A stretch of 20,000 nt of DNA from an uncultured virus (IMG/VR IMGVR_UViG_3300034190_003093) (lineage: Duplodnaviria > Heunggongvirae > Uroviricota > Caudoviricetes): positions 117,543 through 137,542 of IMG/VR virus record IMGVR_UViG_3300034190_003093. One strand, given 5' to 3'. Made by a program: the position numbers and the translations under genes. Positions 8,857-17,219 of the stretch are shown here, in pieces. Under the pieces are notes generated by a model, which saw only the letters and a list, made by a program, of their open reading frames with translations, was not told the DNA's origin and ran no database searches. How positions within the stretch are numbered: position 1 is the stretch's first letter; every line of letters starts with the position of its first letter.

Positions 8857-9688
8857 AATCTTCGGCCCCTAACGGTGAAATTGTATTGCAAAATCTTGTC
8901 CACGAATCATCAGGACCTTCCACTGGCGGCAAGTCAATGTTTTCAAGTCCAGTAACACTTTCATGTATAGCCAGTATACTAAAGATATGTGTGTCGCCCC
9001 AGGTATTTTCAGTGTTGTTGTTGAAATTTTCTGGATTGTAATTTGGGCAAGCATACCACCACATCTTGTATCCGTGCTTGTCAAGCATGTTGTAGTGTTC
9101 GCTGGTGTCAGTTTGCTCACCAGCTTCCATATAGATAATTGGCTTTGTGATTAACATCAAACCAATTGCACCTTTTAGTACATCAATTTCATGTCCCTCG
9201 ACATCAATCTTGACCACGCTAGGTGGCGGCAGTTCCATTAGATAACTGTCCAGTGTGCGACATTCAACAACTGTTCCAGTTTTGCTGCCAACTCTTGCTG
9301 CACCATAATTGCCAGGCACTGTGTCGTCGAACTGCTCAACTGTAATAGTTTCAACATCAGGTGCACCAATGGCTTTGTTAATACAGTGAATATTGGGAGC
9401 CAGTTTGCCTTTGGTATTCAATTTCAATATTGCAAAGTGTTGAGGATTTGCTTCCCAACATACAACTTGTTTTGCCACTTTGGAAAATGCCATAGCATGT
9501 GTTCCAATGTTTGCGCCCACTTCCCACACAACCGATGCTACGTCATTGTGTCTTATTAGATTGGATAACAGATTGATTTCTCTTTGCTGATACTCACCAT
9601 ACTGTGTTAACTGCATGCCAATAACCGAATCGTTTGCATGATATGCAAAATTTTCACTGTAACGTGTTTTTATGTGTTTTAGCTGCAC
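8843..9688 (-). CDS. FkbM family SAM-dependent methyltransferase
   Basis: VWEVGANIGTHA (motif I), EANP, TLDS and KIDVEGHEIDVLKGA. GTG start preceded by GGAG/AAGG. Confidence 0.88.
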   Translation of the reverse strand: MQLKHIKTRYSENFAYHANDSVIGMQLTQYGEYQQREINLLSNLIRHNDVASVVWEVGANIGTHAMAFSKVAKQVVCWEANPQHFAILKLNTKGKLAPNIHCINKAIGAPDVETITVEQFDDTVPGNYGAARVGSKTGTVVECRTLDSYLMELPPPSVVKIDVEGHEIDVLKGAIGLMLITKPIIYMEAGEQTDTSEHYNMLDKHGYKMWWYACPNYNPENFNNNTENTWGDTHIFSILAIHESVTGLENIDLPPVEGPDDSWTRFCNTISPLGAEDFADR

Positions 9689-11217
9689 ACCTTTACTCCA
9701 TATTGTTTTTCAAATCTATCTGCATCTGCTCTGTCATCAACCATTGGTTCGCCACGGATATTCAATGATGTGTTTAGCAACATCGGGCACCCTGTTTCTT
9801 TGTACCAAGCTTCTAATAATTGTCTGATGCCACTACCGTCGCTGGGCACTGTTTGCACTCTTGCTGTACCGTCTACATGTGTAATAGCAGGAAACTGGTC
9901 CGGGTGTTTAACTGGCGCTACTACCTGCATGTAATGTGATGTATTTTGATTTTTTGGCATGTTGAAATAATCGTGTACATGTTCTTCAAGTATCACTGGA
10001 GCAAAAGGACGAAACTTTTGCCGCTTTTTTATTTCATTTACTTTGTCTTTAATTTCGGCACCACGTGGATCAGCAAGTAAACTTCTGTTTCCAAGAGCAC
10101 GTGGGCCAAACTCGGCCTTACCACTTGCCACTCCTACTATCTTTTTAGTCTTTAATTGTTTGATTAATTTCTTTACTGGATACTTGCCAGGAATATCAGT
10201 GCCCAGTAATGCTGTGCGCCAATTGACCTTTTTACCATATGCTAGTGCCGCGGCACCTAAACTACTGCCTGCATCTCCCGGGTTGGGCATGATCCATATG
10301 TTGTCAAAAATATCACCCAGCTTGCTGTTCGCTACACAATTAAGTGCAACACCACCCATGTAAACAAGATTGTTTGAACCTGTTAATTCTTTGGCCTTGT
10401 GCATCACTTGCATAATCAGCTCTTCGCAAAGTTGCTGTCCTGCGGCTGCAATATCCATTTCGTCAACGCCTGCAGAAAACTCCAAGTCTTGCATGCCAAT
10501 GTGCAGGTTTCTTTTAAATTTTGCTGTTGATGTGTTGTCTATTAAATTATCAACCAACGTGTGGTATGCTTTTGATGCATCGCCATATGCTGCCATACCC
10601 ATTGTGATGTATTCTTCATCCATTGGGCGCAAGCCTACACGCTGTGTAACAGCACTATAGTACATGCCGATGCTGTTAGGATACTGCTGACACCAAACAC
10701 GCTTGTACTGGGCCTGTCTGTGCTTCTTATACCCCAAGTAACCAGTGGTAGCATCGTCGTATCTAGCTTTGTAAATGCTGATAGTATCTATTTCGCCGAT
10801 TGCATCAATTACAACAACAGCAGCTTCTTCGTAAGGCGATGTTTGAAATCCACCAGCAGCGTGACTCATGTGATGCCCAACACTGGTTATAACACCTTTG
10901 TGTTCTGACATTATTATTGGAATTGTATTTTTAAGTTCCGACCTTAGTCGCCAGTTACCGCCCCAGGGTTCACCGCTGAGCAATTTACGCAACTGCCGTT
11001 TCCACGGTTTTTCATAGTATACAATTTTATCAAATGGACCGTGTGCAAGAGCTGCCATCTCAAGTTCTAGGCAAATATTATTATCGTTTTTCTGTTTACT
11101 GTAACGCTCACTATGGCCAGCAAATACAATTTCGTCATCATGCAACACAGTTAATGCTGCATCATGAAATCCTGCACTAACTCCGAGTATTCGTTTTAAT
11201 TTAAGTTTTTGTGCCAC
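9679..11217 (-). CDS. O-carbamoyltransferase (NodU/CmcH/TobZ family)
   Basis: GFHDAA, SERYSKQK, HHMSHA, VIDAIGE, GGVALNCVAN, PNPGDAG, EFGPRALGNRS, KKRQKFRPFAP, HVDGTARVQTV and LLNTSLN. Confidence 0.95.
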   Translation of the reverse strand: MAQKLKLKRILGVSAGFHDAALTVLHDDEIVFAGHSERYSKQKNDNNICLELEMAALAHGPFDKIVYYEKPWKRQLRKLLSGEPWGGNWRLRSELKNTIPIIMSEHKGVITSVGHHMSHAAGGFQTSPYEEAAVVVIDAIGEIDTISIYKARYDDATTGYLGYKKHRQAQYKRVWCQQYPNSIGMYYSAVTQRVGLRPMDEEYITMGMAAYGDASKAYHTLVDNLIDNTSTAKFKRNLHIGMQDLEFSAGVDEMDIAAAGQQLCEELIMQVMHKAKELTGSNNLVYMGGVALNCVANSKLGDIFDNIWIMPNPGDAGSSLGAAALAYGKKVNWRTALLGTDIPGKYPVKKLIKQLKTKKIVGVASGKAEFGPRALGNRSLLADPRGAEIKDKVNEIKKRQKFRPFAPVILEEHVHDYFNMPKNQNTSHYMQVVAPVKHPDQFPAITHVDGTARVQTVPSDGSGIRQLLEAWYKETGCPMLLNTSLNIRGEPMVDDRADADRFEKQYGVKVCS

Positions 11218-11873
11218 GCTTCTGCATCCTCTGGTGTATTGATTTCGGTACCATTAAACACACATGGGAATACACCTATATCCCATCCATTTTTTAGCCA
11301 ACGTAGTTGCTCTAGACCTTCTAATCGCTCTTCACGTGTGCTGGTCAAATTAGGATACATTTCTAGTGCATTACGCTTATATCCATAAATGCCTAAGTGC
11401 CAATCGCCATATCCTGTCATGCCTCTACCAAACCACAAACACTTATCAGCTGCTCTTACTAGTTTAACTGAGTTTGGATCGTTCTGCTGTTCTGCTGGCA
11501 TCATAGCGCACATGGTAGTTACTGAATAGTGTTGTAAATGCCATTTAGTTTTTTCAATCATTTCTAAAGTCACATCAGGCATATCACCTTGTACGTTAAT
11601 GAACTGATTATATTTTGCAAAGAAGTCATTCTTAACTGCACCTGCGCATCGTTCTGTGCCATTGGCATAATCTGTTTGATCAACCCAGCAGTTATCAACA
11701 TTGAATAAGTTAAAGATGCGCATGTCATCAGTGAGCACGTATGTTGGTAGGTTAGACGCAACACAAGCGTCATACACACGCTTTATCATTGGAACGCCAT
11801 CTAACATAGCTAATGGTTTACCAGGGTAGCGTGTGCTGTTATACCTAGCTGGTATTAGTATTGCTGTTGTCAT
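11196..11873 (-). CDS. kdsB: 3-deoxy-manno-octulosonate cytidylyltransferase (CMP-Kdo synthetase)
   Basis: IPARYNSTRYPGKPLA, NGTER, INVQGDMP, HLGIYGY, EGLEQLRWL and INTPED. Adjacent to kdsA. Confidence 0.93.
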   Translation of the reverse strand: MTTAILIPARYNSTRYPGKPLAMLDGVPMIKRVYDACVASNLPTYVLTDDMRIFNLFNVDNCWVDQTDYANGTERCAGAVKNDFFAKYNQFINVQGDMPDVTLEMIEKTKWHLQHYSVTTMCAMMPAEQQNDPNSVKLVRAADKCLWFGRGMTGYGDWHLGIYGYKRNALEMYPNLTSTREERLEGLEQLRWLKNGWDIGVFPCVFNGTEINTPEDAEAWHKNLN

Positions 11874-12661
11874 GACCAGGTGTATCCTCTTGCTGCGTCA
11901 CCTACAACTTTGATTTGTTTAACCACATCCTCAAAGTCTTCTAGTTTAAGCATATTAGGTCCGTCACTAGGTGCGTTGTCTGGATCAGGGTGTACTTCTA
12001 AGAAGAAGTTGCTAACACCCATAGCAGCGGCAGCACGAGCAAGACCTGGAACGTAATCGCGATTACCGCCACTAGATTCCCCATTGCCTCCTGGCTTTTG
12101 GACAGCGTGGGTAACATCAAAAACACAAGGTACATCGTAATTGTCAAGCATATACTGGATCCCAGTGAAATCAACAACCAAAGTATTGTAGCCAAAACTT
12201 GTTCCTCTTTCTGTTATCCAAACTTCCTTTGCGCCTTCTGTTTTACTCAATATACCTTTGACATCCCACGGTGCCATAAACTGACCTTTTTTAATATTTA
12301 CAATCTTGTTTGTACGACATGCTGCTCGAATAAGATCTGTTTGTCGACAAAGAAAAGCAGGTATCTGTATTACGTCAACAATATTCGTATAGACATTTTT
12401 AAGATGTCCAATCTGTTCTGTAGTGTGCACGTCTGTTAGTATTTTAACATCAAGTGACTCTTTAATCTGCGCAAAGTCACTTAGAGTTGTAATTAAACCG
12501 GCGCCTCTTTTTCCATTAACACTAGTGCGATTAGCCTTGTCGTAACTTGCTTTAAAGTAATATTCAATGCCATATTTGTTGCACACACGTTTACACTCAC
12601 GTGCAATCTCGCTAGACTGTGCTAACGATTCGTGCTGACAAGGTCCTGCAATTATTTTCAT
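11870..12661 (-). CDS. kdsA: Kdo-8-phosphate synthase, metal-dependent type
   Basis: IAGPC, FKASYDKANRTS, QIPAFLCRQTDL, NIKKGQF, TERGTSFGY, FDVTHAVQ and FLEVHPDP..SDG. Cys/His/Glu/Asp metal ligands are present. Start reassigned to the ATG at 12661 (TAATG overlap with the metK stop). Confidence 0.96.
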   Translation of the reverse strand: MKIIAGPCQHESLAQSSEIARECKRVCNKYGIEYYFKASYDKANRTSVNGKRGAGLITTLSDFAQIKESLDVKILTDVHTTEQIGHLKNVYTNIVDVIQIPAFLCRQTDLIRAACRTNKIVNIKKGQFMAPWDVKGILSKTEGAKEVWITERGTSFGYNTLVVDFTGIQYMLDNYDVPCVFDVTHAVQKPGGNGESSGGNRDYVPGLARAAAAMGVSNFFLEVHPDPDNAPSDGPNMLKLEDFEDVVKQIKVVGDAARGYTWS

Positions 12662-13746
12662 TACCAGCCAATTTTTTCCCACGGCACATCTTTATTGCCA
12701 AAGTGCCCGTATGTACAATTTTCACTGTAGTTAGTATAGTTGAACAAATCAAATCTGTCAATGATTCCTTTTGGACTCATATCAATGTTTTCTTTAATAA
12801 ACTTTTCAATACTGCGATTGTGTCCATTGCTATCAATATACACACTTGTTGGTGCCTTGACACCAATAGCATACGACAACTGAATGTTACACCAGTCTGC
12901 CATATCATCTGCTACTACATTTTTGGCGATCCACCTAGCCATGTATGCAGCACTTCTATCAACCTTTGTGGGATCTTTGCCACTAAAAGCACCGCCGCCG
13001 TGAGGAGCAAACCCGCCATAAGTATCAACGATAATCTTGCGTCCAGTAATGCCAGCGTCACCATCAGGCCCGCCAATAACAAAATTCCCAGTGGGATTAA
13101 TATGCCACGTAGTATTTTCATCAATTAAATCTCCCAAAGCATGATTCGCGGCGCCTCTTGCAATCATTCTTGCTGCTTCAATTTCGCCGGCTGCATGTTG
13201 TGTACTAATAACAATTTGATCTGCACGTTTAGCTATGCCGCCTTCGTACTGTATACTAATCTGTGATTTTGCGTCAGGACCTAATATGTTATCTAATAAT
13301 CGAACTTCTTTCAATTCTTTTAAAACTTCGTGCGCATAGTAGATAGGTGCTGGCAAGTATGCCAAATTATCATTACACGCATATCCAAACATAATACCTT
13401 GATCGCCTGCGCCAAAGTCGTCTGTGCCTAGTGCAATGTCTGCACTTTGACTGTGGATTTCATTGTAAATGTTTAATTTATCCCAATGAAACCCTTCTTG
13501 CTCATAGCCAATTTCTCGAACTTTGTTGCGTACAATCTCTCGAACTTCCTCTTTACTTACGTTGAAGTTTTTTACTTCGCCTGCCAACGTAACGTGGTTG
13601 GTAGTTACAAGTGTTTCAACAGCAACACGAGTTGTTTCGTCACCAGCTTTGAGTCCTGCATCAACTAGCGCATCGGAGATTTGGTCTGCAACCTTGTCTG
13701 GATGTCCTTCGCTAACACTCTCGCTGGTAAAAATATAATTATTCAT
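12661..13746 (-). CDS. metK: S-adenosylmethionine synthetase
   Basis: FTSESVSEGHPDKVADQISD, GAGDQGIMFGYA, INPTGNFVIGGPDGDAGITGRKIIVDTYGG and GGGAFSGKDPTKVDRSAAY. Confidence 0.98.
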   Translation of the reverse strand: MNNYIFTSESVSEGHPDKVADQISDALVDAGLKAGDETTRVAVETLVTTNHVTLAGEVKNFNVSKEEVREIVRNKVREIGYEQEGFHWDKLNIYNEIHSQSADIALGTDDFGAGDQGIMFGYACNDNLAYLPAPIYYAHEVLKELKEVRLLDNILGPDAKSQISIQYEGGIAKRADQIVISTQHAAGEIEAARMIARGAANHALGDLIDENTTWHINPTGNFVIGGPDGDAGITGRKIIVDTYGGFAPHGGGAFSGKDPTKVDRSAAYMARWIAKNVVADDMADWCNIQLSYAIGVKAPTSVYIDSNGHNRSIEKFIKENIDMSPKGIIDRFDLFNYTNYSENCTYGHFGNKDVPWEKIGW

Positions 13747-13865
13747 TTGTAAATAAATGGATCCTTTTTTCTAAGCTCTTTGAGCTTTTTTCTATAACGT
13801 ATTTCAAGTTTAATTTTATTAATTAAACTTTTTGGCCAGCTTAATATTTTTTTGATTGTTTTCAT
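13743..13865 (-). CDS. Small basic 40-aa protein MKTIKKILSWPKSLINKIKLEIRYRKKLKELRKKDPFIYK (absent from the ORF track)
   Basis: Hand-translated. It exactly fills the gap between the 358-aa gene and metK, with ATGA overlaps at both ends (13862-13865 and 13743-13746). Confidence 0.85.
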   Translation of the reverse strand: MKTIKKILSWPKSLINKIKLEIRYRKKLKELRKKDPFIYK

Positions 13866-14938
13866 AGCAGTGATACCTGTAATTCTTTGCTGTCTCGCCA
13901 AGTGTAATCGTACTCAGCATATGCATTTGATGTGCGTATACTATATACATCTAGATGCTGTGTCAATTTACTTAGTATCTGTTCAAAGTTGGTAGTAGAA
14001 AAGCTTGCTTTTAAATCTACTTGTGCCACTTTAGGATGCCCAATTGTTAAACTTTTATCATTGGGGTCAAAATTATTATCTGTTAGCCAGCCACGGAAAC
14101 TGTTGAGTTGGTCTCGCATAAATTTTTGGTGCAGTGTAGGGTTACCCCATTCAATGTCAAAGTCGCCCGCTGCTATAGTTTGCGGCTTTAGTGATGTTGT
14201 AACAAGTTCGCCGATTCGACTGTCTCGGCCCTCATCCTGGAATACTTCCCAATGGTGTTTTCCAACAGCCTTATTGACTCCAACATACACTCCGCCTTGA
14301 TCTTTTGCAATAGTGTTAACACCAAACAGTTCATAATCCTCTTCGCTGAGGGCAAATCGAGGTGCATTTAACCAACACATAATATTACTAGGACGAATCC
14401 ATTCTGGCGCATGCTGTTTTTTACGCAAGCTTAAAATAAGACTTTCAGCTTCGTGGCACAATAAATTTAATTGTCGAATATACCAACGAGTTTCTGCATT
14501 TGCAGCATTATAATGTCTGGACATGTTGCCGCTTTCGCCTTGTGTTTCTTCAAAGTACAAATGTAATTGATTAAACTTTTCGTGGTTAATACCCAGGCTT
14601 TCGCCTTGGTCAGTGCGAGTCTGTTCTGTATCTGGAAGTTGCTCAGGTTCAACGACATTATCTACTGTAAAATGATCGTCAATGTAATAGTCGATGCTAC
14701 TATCATTAATGCCTTTGATTGTTGCATTAATTTGATCAACGAGTAATTGCAAATCACGCTCGCCATCTGGAAATCCAAAAAAGCAATAATTCTTTTCAAG
14801 ATGGTAATTATTATTAAGCAACTCATTGAGTGCCGGAAGCCATTTACGGCTTAAACTATTATCATGTACATCAATGTGCACAGGAAACAATTCTCCTGTA
14901 ACATTATGTCTAAGTTTCATTTCAATTCTATCTAACAT
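13862..14938 (-). CDS. Hypothetical protein with paired His/Glu helical motifs
   Basis: 358-aa ORF overlapping both neighbours. Motifs NQLHLYFEE, QLNLLCHEAES and VGKHHWEVFQDE. No family recognised. Confidence 0.8.
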   Translation of the reverse strand: MLDRIEMKLRHNVTGELFPVHIDVHDNSLSRKWLPALNELLNNNYHLEKNYCFFGFPDGERDLQLLVDQINATIKGINDSSIDYYIDDHFTVDNVVEPEQLPDTEQTRTDQGESLGINHEKFNQLHLYFEETQGESGNMSRHYNAANAETRWYIRQLNLLCHEAESLILSLRKKQHAPEWIRPSNIMCWLNAPRFALSEEDYELFGVNTIAKDQGGVYVGVNKAVGKHHWEVFQDEGRDSRIGELVTTSLKPQTIAAGDFDIEWGNPTLHQKFMRDQLNSFRGWLTDNNFDPNDKSLTIGHPKVAQVDLKASFSTTNFEQILSKLTQHLDVYSIRTSNAYAEYDYTWRDSKELQVSLL

Positions 14939-16244
14939 CGATGCTATCCCACCATTTTAATATATCTGTTTTAGTACTGAGAATATCTCTCATGCATAAA
15001 TTGTTTTTTCGAATACTTTCAAGTTCGAGCATGCGCCTTTTACCTTTTCGCATGCCTTTCCAGTATTCATCCCCATGGTACGTTTCTTCCATGTTAGGTC
15101 TGTTTTTTAATTGCAATAACACGCTACTTAATGCATCACCGAGTTTGTTGTTTGTAATTAGTTCGTCTACTAAACTGTTTAATATTTCACGTGGCAATGC
15201 CAAAGGACTCATGATAATATCTGGCGTAAACGTAAATACCACTTTAGCAAGAATATCAACATCAAGCTCGTCTGCTAGTTTTTGCACATTTGCCACATCC
15301 AGCATTCCAGGTAATGTAAGTGTAAAATCAATGCGCATCTGCCGACGATGTGTTGCTATCTCTAACCCCTGCTTAAAGTTGTCCACCCATTCATTGTATT
15401 TTAGACCTGTGCGTATATATTCGCCTATTGCACCTGTGCCGTCCAAACTTGCACACATTTGCCAATCACGTGTGTGTGCTAGTATATCATGATATAAATT
15501 TATACCTTTGTAATTAACTCTGCTGAGATTGCTATTGTACCTTGCATACAACCGGCGTGCATCACCTAATTCAACAATGCGTTTCATATAACGCCAGTGC
15601 TGTTCGTACATAAGAGGCTCGCCGCCTACCCAGTAAATTTCTTCAACACGGTGTTCTTCAACTGCTTCGCTAAACTCTTGTTCAATTTGCGTGTCTTGGA
15701 ATTTGGTTATTTCTGCACGTACTTCTGGCTTCATCCAGTTGTTTTTAGGATCGGTTAAGTCTGCCATGTCGTGTAGTTTTTGTTCTGATTCCCAACTACT
15801 ACTTAACATATCTCCACACATGCGACATTTAAAATTACACAAGTTCGAGAAACGATAATCCCAACTAATAGGTTTCATTGTGGTGCAGCCAGCGGCGTCG
15901 GTCTTTTCCCAGATATCATTGTATTTGTGCTGGAACATTCTTTCAAAGTAACTACGATATACGTCTGTGTTTAATAGTTGGCTGTTGCACACATCACATT
16001 CGGGCAATGTTTCTCCTGCCATCATACGTCGACGAACACTTTGCATATGGTCGTTGTTCCAGTGCTCGTCAAGGCTCACGGGCTGGTATTCGCCGCTGCC
16101 GGTGTTGGTGTCAATATATTGTGCAAAGCTTTGTGCAGGTTCTCGACTTGCACAGCACATACGTCTTTCAGTTTGCGGACTTAGATAAGTGTGTGTCCAT
16201 GGTGCCATGCACAGGGTAGGTGGCTTGCTGTCAGGTTTTTGCAT
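14928..16244 (-). CDS. Radical SAM protein with N-terminal twitch/SPASM-like Cys domain
   Basis: CNFKCRMC (CxxxCxxC), VGGEP, YNSN and SLDG. N-terminal CMAPW..RMCC..CDVC. Confidence 0.9.
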   Translation of the reverse strand: MQKPDSKPPTLCMAPWTHTYLSPQTERRMCCASREPAQSFAQYIDTNTGSGEYQPVSLDEHWNNDHMQSVRRRMMAGETLPECDVCNSQLLNTDVYRSYFERMFQHKYNDIWEKTDAAGCTTMKPISWDYRFSNLCNFKCRMCGDMLSSSWESEQKLHDMADLTDPKNNWMKPEVRAEITKFQDTQIEQEFSEAVEEHRVEEIYWVGGEPLMYEQHWRYMKRIVELGDARRLYARYNSNLSRVNYKGINLYHDILAHTRDWQMCASLDGTGAIGEYIRTGLKYNEWVDNFKQGLEIATHRRQMRIDFTLTLPGMLDVANVQKLADELDVDILAKVVFTFTPDIIMSPLALPREILNSLVDELITNNKLGDALSSVLLQLKNRPNMEETYHGDEYWKGMRKGKRRMLELESIRKNNLCMRDILSTKTDILKWWDSIDVR

Positions 16245-16647
16245 CAGTAACCCTTTTACGTAAATCGCTACTGCTGAATCTATGATCTCTTTTGTTAAAG
16301 TGTAGTGCTATTCCACGTTTTTGACAAACATTTTTACCACTAAAGTCTTCGTGCTTGTACTCTTCTCCTAGAAAACGCACATCTAATTGAAACAGTTCTA
16401 GTATATCAATAACGTCTTGTTCTGTTTGGTATGGAACAATCTCATCGATTAAATGTAATGCATTTAACTGTACATAACGCTCTACCATTGTTTGCACAGG
16501 CTTGTTCTTAGTGCCCGGTCTATCAATTGTAGGGTCGCTTTGTAGTCCTACAATCAAGTAATCACAGTTTTCTTTTGCTTCACGCAACATTCCAATATGT
16601 CCTGCGTGTAACAAATCAAACGTGCTAAACGTAATACCTTTTCTCAT
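16231..16647 (-). CDS. Cytidylyltransferase, TagD (glycerol-3-phosphate cytidylyltransferase)-like
   Basis: STFDLLHAGH (HxGH), LIVGLQSD, KNKP..ER and RDHRFSSSDLR. Single-domain, 138 aa. Confidence 0.88.
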   Translation of the reverse strand: MRKGITFSTFDLLHAGHIGMLREAKENCDYLIVGLQSDPTIDRPGTKNKPVQTMVERYVQLNALHLIDEIVPYQTEQDVIDILELFQLDVRFLGEEYKHEDFSGKNVCQKRGIALHFNKRDHRFSSSDLRKRVTDAKT

Positions 16648-17219
16648 ATCAATTCCATTTGTTGTGGTACAATCTTATCCAACACAGTAGTAGTAAATAT
16701 TTCAGCGCCTTTGTGCACATTGGCTGCCCATTCAGCACCTTGATCTTCGCCGTCAGCATCGCTGTCAGAAATATACTTGTAGCAGTCAAATGGTGTGTCA
16801 AATTTTTGACAAACCTTTGCTAGTGCATATGCTTCCATTTCGACCACTTGATAGTTGATATGCGGCACACTGAAGCTGTCACCGGTGCCGCATACATACA
16901 AACTATCGTGCTTGGTTTGACAAATAATCATTTGTTCTTCGTCGCCAGGGCTAACATAAAGTGGCAAGTCAAGTGAAGTGCAATCCATGTCTCTTTCGAT
17001 AACTGCACTTATACCCACTAGTTGTCCTTTTATTTCAGCAATGCCGCCTGCTGATCCGTAGTTTATTACTTTACTATAACTAATAGAACTATTATAACAC
17101 AATTCCGTAGTTAATGCAATACTTGCATTAACCTTTCCGACACCGGTTACTAACTTTTTAAAGCCATTGGGTAATGCACCGGGCAGTTCTTCTTCTAATG
17201 CTATTACCACCAGTATCAT
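16644..17219 (-). CDS. 5'-methylthioadenosine/S-adenosylhomocysteine nucleosidase family protein
   Basis: IALEEE, TGVGKVNA, INYGSAGG, TGDSF, VEMEAYALAKVC and KYISDSAD. Confidence 0.87.
   Translation of the reverse strand: MILVVIALEEELPGALPNGFKKLVTGVGKVNASIALTTELCYNSSISYSKVINYGSAGGIAEIKGQLVGISAVIERDMDCTSLDLPLYVSPGDEEQMIICQTKHDSLYVCGTGDSFSVPHINYQVVEMEAYALAKVCQKFDTPFDCYKYISDSDADGEDQGAEWAANVHKGAEIFTTTVLDKIVPQQMELI

Noticed and set aside
7538..11217. Saxitoxin or streptomycin gene cluster proper
   Set aside because: No SxtA-like PKS, resistance, export or other core pathway genes are present. Only the enzyme families are shared.
13773..13791. Hairpin AAGCTC-TTT-GAGCTT followed by a T run, resembling a plus-strand terminator
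   Set aside because: The stem is weak, it lies antisense inside the 40-aa ORF, and it is explained by the Lys/Leu/Glu codons of KKLKELRKK.
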